A DNA stretch of 64,000 nt from Bacteroidota bacterium (lineage in GTDB: Bacteria; Bacteroidota; Bacteroidia; Chitinophagales; Chitinophagaceae): the NCBI GenBank assembly GCA_005800655.1, contig SYEV01000051.1, positions 11,212 through 75,211 on the forward strand, given 5' to 3'. The number at the start of each line of letters is the position of its first letter. Positions within the stretch are counted from its first letter, which is position 1. The notes beneath the pieces were generated by a model. That model was not told the DNA's origin. It was given only the letters and a program-made list of their open reading frames with translations, and did no database searches. The translations under genes were made by a program, and so were the position numbers. Shown one piece after another: positions 42,632 to 50,957 of the stretch.

Positions 42632-44203
42632 ATGAAAAGACGCAATTTTATACGTAATAGTGTTGCGCTTATGGCGCCTACTGTGATTGGTGGCAATCCT
42701 ATTCATATATTAACACAACATCCAATCATACAGCCCGAATTATTGGCTAGTGTGAACAATGATCGTGTGTTAGTGATTATACAATTAAGTGGTGGTAATG
42801 ACGGATTAAATACTGTTATTCCTGTAGGAGATTATAGTAAATACTATAATGCGCGAACGAATATTGCCATTCCTGAAAAAAAGATTTTATCATTAACCGG
42901 AAACAATGCAACTGGTTTAAATCCAGCGATGACCGCATTTCAAAATTTATTTAACGAGGGTAAATTAAATATTGTTCAAGCCGTTGGATATCCGCAACCC
43001 AGCTTTTCGCACTTTAGAGCAACTGATATCTGGATGAGCGGGTCGGATAGTACTCAGTATTTGAATACAGGATGGGCGGGCAGATATTTAGATAATCAAT
43101 ATCCTAATTATCCTGAGGAGTATCCAAGTGATCAAAATCCAGACCCATTAGCGATACAAATTGGATCAATTACCTCTCTTACCTGTCAAGGTCCGGTCGT
43201 GAACATGGGGTTGAGTATTTCAGACCCTGCTTCCTATTATAATTTAATTGATAACATTGATGACACCGTACCTAACACCAATGGTGGTTATGAATTAAGC
43301 TTTGTTAGACGCATTGCAAAACAAACCAATAAATATGCTGTTCGTATCAAAGCTGCTTCGGATAGTATTAAGCAACAAGTTACCTACCCAAATAATTCAT
43401 TAGCGTCACAATTAAAAATTGTAGCTAGGTTAATTAAGGGTGGATTAAAGACTAAAATTTATATGGTTAATTATGGTGGTTTTGATACACATGCAGGTCA
43501 AACCAATTCCATTGATACAACCATTGGACCACATGCGACTTTACTAAATGCAGTTTCTGAAGCAGTGAATGCATTTCAAAACGATATTAAAGGACTTGAG
43601 ATTGATGACAGAGTTATTGGCATGACCTACTCTGAATTTGGTAGACGAACAAAATCAAATGCAAGTGGCGGAACGGATCATGGCGCAGCCGCACCATTAT
43701 TCCTTTTTGGAAAAAATGTTCGCGGTGGGGTATTTGGAAAAAATCCTGATTTGCCTTTAAACGCAACTGTAAATGATAACATACCTTATCAAACAGATTT
43801 CAGAAGTATTTATAATTCCATTCTTACAAATTGGTTTTGCGTGAATGAAACAGACAACATGCAAATTATGTTAAAGAAGTATCCAGCTTTACCATTAATC
43901 AATGCAAGTGTTTGTGGTGTTGCTATGGAGAATTCGACTTTTGCAGGCAACACTATGATTAGCAACTATCCAAATCCATTTAGCGCTCAAACTAGAATAG
44001 AATTCAAAACCGCTGGAGGTGCTACCTTGGTTCAATTGTTAGATACTTCAGGATCCGTAATTAAAATACTAGTAGATACAAGTTACCCTTATGCTGGCAT
44101 GAATAGTGTTACCTTATTTGGTAGCAACTTGCCAGCGGGTGTTTACTATCTAAGGCTTCAGAATGGCATAAATCAATATGTCAAAACTATCATAAAGATG
44201 TAA
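42632..44203 (+). CDS. DUF1501 family protein with Tat signal and T9SS type A CTD
   Basis: MKRRNFI; GGNDGLN, SHF, GFDTH, SEFGR, GTDHG; C-terminal NYPNPF...LPAGVYYLRL. Confidence 0.9.
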   Translation: MKRRNFIRNSVALMAPTVIGGNPIHILTQHPIIQPELLASVNNDRVLVIIQLSGGNDGLNTVIPVGDYSKYYNARTNIAIPEKKILSLTGNNATGLNPAMTAFQNLFNEGKLNIVQAVGYPQPSFSHFRATDIWMSGSDSTQYLNTGWAGRYLDNQYPNYPEEYPSDQNPDPLAIQIGSITSLTCQGPVVNMGLSISDPASYYNLIDNIDDTVPNTNGGYELSFVRRIAKQTNKYAVRIKAASDSIKQQVTYPNNSLASQLKIVARLIKGGLKTKIYMVNYGGFDTHAGQTNSIDTTIGPHATLLNAVSEAVNAFQNDIKGLEIDDRVIGMTYSEFGRRTKSNASGGTDHGAAAPLFLFGKNVRGGVFGKNPDLPLNATVNDNIPYQTDFRSIYNSILTNWFCVNETDNMQIMLKKYPALPLINASVCGVAMENSTFAGNTMISNYPNPFSAQTRIEFKTAGGATLVQLLDTSGSVIKILVDTSYPYAGMNSVTLFGSNLPAGVYYLRLQNGINQYVKTIIKM

Positions 44204-44249
44204 TGAATTAAACTTGTGATTGAATTGTTTGCTTAATTTTACACTAACC

Positions 44250-44792
44250 ATGCAATCAGATCAAGAATTAATATTACAATTTCAAAAGTCCATTCAAAGG
44301 GAGGAAACTTTTACGCAATTGGTGAAAAAACACCAAGCGAAAGTGTACCATCAAATAAAACGAATGGTCAATGATCACGATGATGCTGATGATATTGCAC
44401 AAATGGTGTGGATCAAAATATGGAATAAGTTAGATGGATTCAAAATGGAAAGTGAGTTTAGTACTTGGTTATTCCGCATTGCCTACAATGAAACCCTCAA
44501 TTTTATTGCAAAACAAAAAAGACAAGGTTCCAATACTAGTTCAACTGATTTATTAGACTACGAAAACACGCCTAGTCATACGGATGCCCCCAAAAGCAGT
44601 GAAATACAAATAAAACTAGACCAAGGTATTAAGCAACTACCTGAAAAACAGCAATTTGTGTTTATGTTACGCTATTTTGAGGAATTGAATTATGAAAAAA
44701 TTGCAAGTATCACTGGGACAACTGTGGGAGGTGCGAAAGCCAATTATCATCAAGCAATTAAAAAATTAGAGGAATTTTTAAAGAAAAGTTAA
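44250..44792 (+). CDS. ECF RNA polymerase sigma factor
   Basis: DADDIAQ, FSTWLFRIAYN, LPEKQQFVF, YEKIA, KANYH. Confidence 0.92.
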   Translation: MQSDQELILQFQKSIQREETFTQLVKKHQAKVYHQIKRMVNDHDDADDIAQMVWIKIWNKLDGFKMESEFSTWLFRIAYNETLNFIAKQKRQGSNTSSTDLLDYENTPSHTDAPKSSEIQIKLDQGIKQLPEKQQFVFMLRYFEELNYEKIASITGTTVGGAKANYHQAIKKLEEFLKKS

Positions 44793-44825
44793 ACCTAGTA
44801 ATTAATAAATTGTCAAATTAACACA

Positions 44826-45257
44826 ATGGAACAAAAAAAGATAAATACAACACTTGAAGAAGATCAAATAATGGTGGAACGCCTTTTTTCAAAAGAGGCT
44901 TTAGCCAATTATGATAAGTCGGCATCAAGTGTACCTACGTCGTATTTTGAAACATTCCCTGAAAAATTACAACAACGAATTGCGAATAATAAGCCACAGC
45001 TATTTTTTCTTACCCCCCTTGGTAAAATGGCTATTGCTGCAGCATTCCTATTTGTAGTCGCTAGCACTTTTATTTTTTTAAACAGTAATACAGATAAAAA
45101 TTTAGAACTTTCGACGATTACAATTAATGATCTAACAAATGATGAAATTGAAGCATATGTAGATGCTAATGAGTGGATGGCTGAGATTGATTGGCAATCA
45201 GAAGCATTTAAGCCTGATACCGAGATAGAACAGTTTTATAAAGATTCTATCGATTAA
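44826..45257 (+). CDS. Probable membrane-anchored anti-sigma factor
   Basis: VP..YFE motif, single TM helix, acidic tail; follows the ECF sigma gene. Confidence 0.65.
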   Translation: MEQKKINTTLEEDQIMVERLFSKEALANYDKSASSVPTSYFETFPEKLQQRIANNKPQLFFLTPLGKMAIAAAFLFVVASTFIFLNSNTDKNLELSTITINDLTNDEIEAYVDANEWMAEIDWQSEAFKPDTEIEQFYKDSID

Positions 45258-45328
45258 CTGATTTTCAAAATAATAAAATTGCATTTTAAAATGCAAGTAA
45301 TAAAAAATTAACATACAAATACCAATTT

Positions 45329-45787
45329 ATGAAATACCTATTTTACACTTTAGCATTGAGCATGGTCATGGTTACAACCAATGCACAAAGACCACCAGAA
45401 AGAAGACACCACGCCAATGAGCAATCAAAACAAGCGGACGACAAAAAAGGTCCTGGCAGACCAAGCAGAGCAAACATTGAAATGTTCAAAACTAAATTTA
45501 TCACAGATCAATTAGCACTTACGCAACAAGAGGCGGAAGCTTTTTGGCCAGTATATAATAAATATAAAAATAGCATGCGTGCTATTTACAAAGAAAAAAA
45601 GGAAAACGAAATCGAGTTGCAGGAAGCGGTGTTAACAGTAAGAAAAAAATTAGCTTCTGCACTTAAACCAATTTTAAAATCTGATACTAGAATTAACGAT
45701 GCTTTAAAAGTAGATAAAGAGTTTTTGAAAAAAGCAAGAAATGAAATGATGCGTCGTCATGGAGGTCCACCACCAAGAAGAGCATAA
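45329..45787 (+). CDS. Periplasmic helical protein (Spy/CpxP-like, ECF-associated)
   Basis: Signal peptide; FIT..L.LT..EA..FWPVYN.Y motif. Confidence 0.7.
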   Translation: MKYLFYTLALSMVMVTTNAQRPPERRHHANEQSKQADDKKGPGRPSRANIEMFKTKFITDQLALTQQEAEAFWPVYNKYKNSMRAIYKEKKENEIELQEAVLTVRKKLASALKPILKSDTRINDALKVDKEFLKKARNEMMRRHGGPPPRRA

Positions 45788-45824
45788 AAAATTAAATAGG
45801 TTTTTTTAATGTCACAATACGATT

Positions 45825-45857
45825 AAGCCCTTCCCGATTTTCAGGAGGGGCTTTTTT
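45825..45857. terminator. Intrinsic terminator
   Basis: aagcccttcc..ggaggggctt stem plus T-tract between convergent genes. Confidence 0.75.
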
Positions 45858-45984
45858 AATTCTCACAGGTTTCGCCATCGCAACAGGGGGAAATATTAGT
45901 GCCACAAATACTACATTGGTAATGGCCATGAACCATTACCGGATCGGTTTCCTGGGAACAAACAGGACAAATTTGTATAGCCAT
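45856..45984 (-). CDS. 42-aa Cys/His-rich metal-binding microprotein (MAIQICPVCSQETDPVMVHGHYQCSICGTNISPCCDGETCEN)
   Basis: Hand translation; two CxxC motifs, HGH, CC; A-rich start context; stop abuts a terminator. Confidence 0.75.
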   Translation of the reverse strand: MAIQICPVCSQETDPVMVHGHYQCSICGTNISPCCDGETCEN

Positions 45985-46112
45985 AGTTTTTCATTAAATT
46001 TAAGAATTAAATCAATAAATACTAGCATTTGACAAACATCTATTTTGTATATTACACCAATTAATTACTTTAAAATTAAATATTAATATAACTCATCGGT
46101 AAAAGCTTAATT

Positions 46113-47204
46113 ATGAAATTAAAATATATCTATAGTTCACTTTTTATAATATTATTACATATGTCAAATGCTACTGCACAATATTTACCGCTCTATAAAA
46201 ATATACCAAATTATATGGATGCCATTAATGAGGAAGTGATTACGCATGATGGCATTTTAAGAATAGGGAAAGTGTCCATACCTGGTTACCAATATTTTAG
46301 AGCCGGCAATGATGCTATTAAAAGACCATGCGTGATTATTTGTCCAGGTGGAGGGTACGGTATATTGGCTGCAACACATGAAGGCACAGATGTGGCAAGC
46401 TTTTTTAATTCCATTGGCGTAAATGCAATTGTATTAAAATATAGAATCCCTAGTAGCAGGCATCAAGTGAATAAATCAATAGCTCCATTACAGGATGCAC
46501 AGCAAGCTATTTATTTAGCTAGGACAAAAGCAGATGAATGGGGCATTGACGCAAATAAGATAGGCATCATGGGCTTTTCCGCCGGCGGACACCTTGCTTC
46601 AACAGCAGCCACCCATTATGAAGATGTTAAAGTAACCAATCCAGGAAATACTTCCTACCGTCCCGATTTCCAGATACTGATTTATCCCGTAATTAGCTTT
46701 AGTAGTTATGGTCATAAAGGATCAAGGGATAATTTAATTGGGCCAGTTATTAATGAGGATCAAGTACATTATTTTAGCAATGAAGAACATATCAACAAAA
46801 ATGCACCACCTGCCTTTTTAGTACATGCAAAAGATGACGCTTCTGTTCCTGTAGCAAACTCAATGAATTATTTCAAAAAATTACAAGAAAATCAAGTTCC
46901 TTCAGAACTATACCTTTTTGAAAAAGGAGGGCATGGATTTGGAATGAAAAACAATACCAGTGAAGTTTTCTGGCCCCAATTAATGCAACAATGGTTGATA
47001 AAAAATAATATTATAAATAAGCAGCAAAAAAAATACGCATCTTTATTTGATGCGTATTTTTTAAAGAACGTATTTAGTTTACTTTTTTACTTCGCTGCCT
47101 TTCCATCCAAAAAAGGCGACCACCAAAAAGGCAACCATCGGAACGATATAGCCCATTTGAATATTACCTGTTTGGTCAGATATCAGTCCAAAGATTCTTG
47201 GTAA
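46113..47204 (+). CDS. Alpha/beta hydrolase (carbohydrate esterase-like); native end probably near 47024
   Basis: PGGGY, GFSAGGH, DD, GGHGFG. The ORF runs through a terminator hairpin and 126 nt into the convergent gene. Confidence 0.85.
   Translation: MKLKYIYSSLFIILLHMSNATAQYLPLYKNIPNYMDAINEEVITHDGILRIGKVSIPGYQYFRAGNDAIKRPCVIICPGGGYGILAATHEGTDVASFFNSIGVNAIVLKYRIPSSRHQVNKSIAPLQDAQQAIYLARTKADEWGIDANKIGIMGFSAGGHLASTAATHYEDVKVTNPGNTSYRPDFQILIYPVISFSSYGHKGSRDNLIGPVINEDQVHYFSNEEHINKNAPPAFLVHAKDDASVPVANSMNYFKKLQENQVPSELYLFEKGGHGFGMKNNTSEVFWPQLMQQWLIKNNIINKQQKKYASLFDAYFLKNVFSLLFYFAAFPSKKGDHQKGNHRNDIAHLNITCLVRYQSKDSW
47026..47062. terminator. Bidirectional intrinsic terminator
   Basis: A-tract, tacgcatc/gatgcgta stem, T-tract. 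Confidence 0.8.
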
Positions 47205-48323
47205 TACTGCACCTCCCACAATTGCCATGATAATTAAGCTACTCCCCATTTCAGTATCGGAACCTAGGTCCTTAATACCTAATGAAAAAATAGTAGGGAA
47301 CATGACTGACATAAAAAAGGACATACCAATTAACGCATAAATAGTGATGATACCATGTGAAAATATGGCAACAATACATAGCAGTGTAGCTAATAAGCCA
47401 TACGCTGTCAATAATTTATTGGGTTTGAAATAATTCATTAAAAAAGTACCCGTAAAACGACCAATTAAAAAAGCCAATGCAGCAAAACTTAAATAATCCG
47501 CTGCTTGTATTTGATCAATCGCTGCTGCTGCGGTAGCAAATAAAATAAACAAACTAAATACACAGACTTGTGCGCCCACATAAAAAAATTGAGTAATCAC
47601 GGCCCATTTTAAATGAGCATGCTTAAAGCTACCTAATACCGTTGCCTTTTCACCACCTTCTTTTTTAGTTCTGATATCTGGTAATTTTACCAAATAAAAC
47701 AAAACAGCGATAATGATTAAAACAATACCAAGAATAGTATAAGGTGTTTTAACAGTATATGCTTCCGATGCTAATGCAGCTTGCCTAACTGATTCACTCA
47801 TTGCACTTAATTCAGCATCTGAATTTCCCTTCGTTAAAATTACCCTCGCTCCAATAGCAGGGGCTAAAAATGCAGCCAGCCCATTAAAGGATTGTGCCAG
47901 GTTTAAACGTTGTGTGGAAGAACTAGGATCCCCTAATGCCGATGCATAGGGATTGGCAGCCGTTTCCAATATGGTTAATCCAGAAGCAATCACAAAGGAA
48001 GCAAACAAGAAATACAAATACGACTGATTATTAGCGGCGGGTACAAATAAGAATGCCCCCACTGCAAATAAAAGAAGCCCTATGATAATACCGGTTTTAT
48101 AGCCAAGTCTTTTCATCACCATACCCGCAGGCAGGGCCATAAAAAAATAAGCGATATATACCGCCGAATCCACCAATGTAGATTGGGTCGTAGTTAAGGT
48201 AAATGACTTTTTTAGATGGGGTATTAAAATAGGAACTAGATTATTTGCAAAACCCCATAAAAAAAATAAACAAGTAATTAATGTAAAAGGGATTAAATGG
48301 TTGGTTGTTTTTTGTGATGTCAT
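47079..48323 (-). CDS. fucP: L-fucose:H+ symporter-family MFS permease
   Basis: LFFLWGFA, LETAANPY, RLNLAQSFNG, QFFYVGAQ, FPTIFSLG. Confidence 0.85.
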   Translation of the reverse strand: MTSQKTTNHLIPFTLITCLFFLWGFANNLVPILIPHLKKSFTLTTTQSTLVDSAVYIAYFFMALPAGMVMKRLGYKTGIIIGLLLFAVGAFLFVPAANNQSYLYFLFASFVIASGLTILETAANPYASALGDPSSSTQRLNLAQSFNGLAAFLAPAIGARVILTKGNSDAELSAMSESVRQAALASEAYTVKTPYTILGIVLIIIAVLFYLVKLPDIRTKKEGGEKATVLGSFKHAHLKWAVITQFFYVGAQVCVFSLFILFATAAAAIDQIQAADYLSFAALAFLIGRFTGTFLMNYFKPNKLLTAYGLLATLLCIVAIFSHGIITIYALIGMSFFMSVMFPTIFSLGIKDLGSDTEMGSSLIIMAIVGGAVLPRIFGLISDQTGNIQMGYIVPMVAFLVVAFFGWKGSEVKK

Positions 48324-48452
48324 AAGTGGATCAATTATAATTAAATATAATTCAAGCAGCACTAATAAACAAAATTATATATAATCAAATACTAAAATAA
48401 TTTGTACCTTAACAAATCATTTAACACATTTGTAAAATATTAATTGCTATTT

Positions 48453-49232
48453 ATGAAAAAAGGTTATTTACTAGGTTTGGTTTTATTGGTTTGGTTTCAA
48501 TTATCGGCAAATCCTAAAGCAACACCGAGAGAATTCTATTTAATTAAAATATATCACTGTACAACACAAAATCAATTAAATCATATTGACGCGTATTTAG
48601 AAAAAACGTATTTGCCATTCTTACACAATAATGGTATAAACAAAGTAGGCGTATTCGCGCCAATCATGAATGACACCAGTGCTGACAAGCGAATATTTGT
48701 ATGGGTGCCATTAAAAAACTTAAACCAGCTAGATGTCTTAGACCAAGTTTATGAAAAATTAGACCCATTTGGTGATGACGCTTTGATACATTTAGATAAC
48801 AAAGACAGTAGTTTGCCTTATACGCGTATAGAAAGTATTTTAACAAAAGCATTTAAACTGCAGCCACAATTTGAAAAATCATCCGATTTAGTTAAATCAA
48901 TCAATCGCATTTTTGAGTATCGTAGTTACGAAAGTCCTACCGAGGAAATGCACTTAAGAAAAGTTAATATGTTTAATGAAGGACAAGAAATTGAAATATT
49001 TAAACGCTTAAATTTTAATGCTATATTTTATTCAAAAGCATTGGTTGGCGCTAGGACACCTAATTTAATTTATATGACTAGCTTTAATGACATGAACGAC
49101 CGTAATGCACATTGGGAAGCATTTAAGCAGGATCCAACTTGGAAAAAAATATCTGTTGCGAAAGAATATTTAAAAATTGTAAATAGAAACGAAACTATTT
49201 TAATGAAGGCAAAAAATTACGCTGATTTTTAA
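48453..49232 (+). CDS. NIPSNAP-family secreted protein
   Basis: RIFEYRSYES, MFNEG.EI.IF, PNLIYM, HWEAF..DP.W. Confidence 0.85.
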   Translation: MKKGYLLGLVLLVWFQLSANPKATPREFYLIKIYHCTTQNQLNHIDAYLEKTYLPFLHNNGINKVGVFAPIMNDTSADKRIFVWVPLKNLNQLDVLDQVYEKLDPFGDDALIHLDNKDSSLPYTRIESILTKAFKLQPQFEKSSDLVKSINRIFEYRSYESPTEEMHLRKVNMFNEGQEIEIFKRLNFNAIFYSKALVGARTPNLIYMTSFNDMNDRNAHWEAFKQDPTWKKISVAKEYLKIVNRNETILMKAKNYADF

Positions 49233-49245
49233 TGCTGCATTCTTG

Positions 49246-49285
49246 ACGTTTAAAATATTCAACAAAGATTGAATATTTTAAACGT
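49246..49285. terminator. AT-rich hairpin between convergent genes
   Basis: 17-bp arms acgtttaaaatattcaa/ttgaatattttaaacgt. Confidence 0.6.
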
Positions 49286-49298
49286 TGAATAATTAATA

Positions 49299-50837
49299 TC
49301 AGTTATTTTCTATCGTCAAATGATACTCTTGAATTAATGCAGGATTTTCAGGAGTTAATGTGAATGCTAATCTAACTTTCCCCTTTTCACAATCAATGAT
49401 ACAATAACCCCTCAATTGATTTTCAGGAATCATCGCATTCACTTGAATGATGTTGCCCATTTTTTTAAAAATGGCATCCGCGGAATTTTTTAAATCTTCA
49501 ATAGGATAATCTTCAAAAAAGTTTTCAGCAAATATCGGCGTTAATTGATCCCAACGCGTAATTACTTTTACCAATTGCTTTTGTCTTTCAAGTAATATAT
49601 TGGAAACCTTGATGGGCCTTGGTTTTAATTGTGCTAATTGAATCAGGGTATCTAAAACAATAAGATTAATTCTTGAGGTAGGCGCATAAGTTACATTCGC
49701 AAATAATATCACACCAATTCCATAATCAGGTAAAAAACGCCAATTAGATCCAAATCCAGGCAAACCCCCACTATGGCCAACACTTTTCTTTACTTCTGCA
49801 TCTATCGTCCAATTCAATCCATAGCTATAACTACTTGTAGTCGCCATTTTTTTACCGCTCGGAAAAATTGTATTTGGATTTAATCCTATAAAACGAGCGG
49901 GTTGGTGCATCTCTCTAACACTACTCCTATTAATGGGAAAGCTTTCTGCATCATCTCTTGCAGGCCAGGCATCCTCGTGCAATGCAACATACTTACTAAA
50001 CATATCAATGGAGGTAATCATGCCGCCCATGGCACCATAAATGCCATTTTTTAATGGTTGCTCCTTGCGCCATTGTTCATTGATATAACGATAACCGTTC
50101 GCAAACAAATTTTTGGGGACATCAGTGTATTCAAAACTGGTACCCTGCATTTGCAATGGCACTAAAATATTTTTTGTTATATAAGTATCATAGGTCATTC
50201 CTGATACTTTATGTATTATATATCCCAACATCGCAAACCCCAAATTACTATACTCATATTCCAATCCTGCAGTATTTGATAAGGATAATTGACTTTTGAT
50301 TAATGTATTTAATTCTTCTTCCGTATCTGCTAATTGTCGATCTCCCCAGGGATTATCTTCGGGAAAACCTGCACTATGGGTCATTAAATGTCGAATAGTC
50401 ATCAATGGGGCATCTTTCGTAAGTCCTTGTCCCTTTAATGCGGGTATATATTTTTCAACAGCATCATCCAATTGAAGCTTTCCATCATCTCTTAATTTTA
50501 AAATGGCCAAAGCGGTAAAACTTTTTGACATGGAGGCAATACGGAACATGGAAGAAGAAGTTGCAGGTATTTTTTCTTCCAAATTTGCATAGCCCCCATT
50601 GCCTTTATACACTAGTTGCCCGTCAACCACTATTCCAAAGGCATAACCAGGAAAATGATTCTTTAAAGCAAACTCTTTATATAATTGATCTATGAGCGGG
50701 AATGTTTTTGCAATACGTTCATTTCGAGTAGCATCTTGGTACGTTGATTTTGTATCCAACTTAGCTACCTGTGCATTCAAGATGAAGCCATTGACAATCA
50801 AAATAATTGTCATGTAATAACGAAACTTATATTTCAT
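49299..50837 (-). CDS. Serine hydrolase (beta-lactamase-fold family)
   Basis: FRIASMSK, YEYSN, HSGGLPGF. Confidence 0.88.
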   Translation of the reverse strand: MKYKFRYYMTIILIVNGFILNAQVAKLDTKSTYQDATRNERIAKTFPLIDQLYKEFALKNHFPGYAFGIVVDGQLVYKGNGGYANLEEKIPATSSSMFRIASMSKSFTALAILKLRDDGKLQLDDAVEKYIPALKGQGLTKDAPLMTIRHLMTHSAGFPEDNPWGDRQLADTEEELNTLIKSQLSLSNTAGLEYEYSNLGFAMLGYIIHKVSGMTYDTYITKNILVPLQMQGTSFEYTDVPKNLFANGYRYINEQWRKEQPLKNGIYGAMGGMITSIDMFSKYVALHEDAWPARDDAESFPINRSSVREMHQPARFIGLNPNTIFPSGKKMATTSSYSYGLNWTIDAEVKKSVGHSGGLPGFGSNWRFLPDYGIGVILFANVTYAPTSRINLIVLDTLIQLAQLKPRPIKVSNILLERQKQLVKVITRWDQLTPIFAENFFEDYPIEDLKNSADAIFKKMGNIIQVNAMIPENQLRGYCIIDCEKGKVRLAFTLTPENPALIQEYHLTIENN

Positions 50838-50957
50838 AAAAAACAATTTGTCTAATTTAAAACATATTTCATTAGTTCATTACCTTTTATAAAAAAAGGG
50901 AGGCACAAGTAGGTAGATTACCACTAATTTGGTAATTTTCTTATACAAAATTATACT

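Noticed and set aside
38285-50837. Two beta-lactamase-fold genes as resistance genes
   Set aside because: Only generic SxxK/YxN serine-hydrolase motifs; no mobile context; more likely esterases or peptidases.
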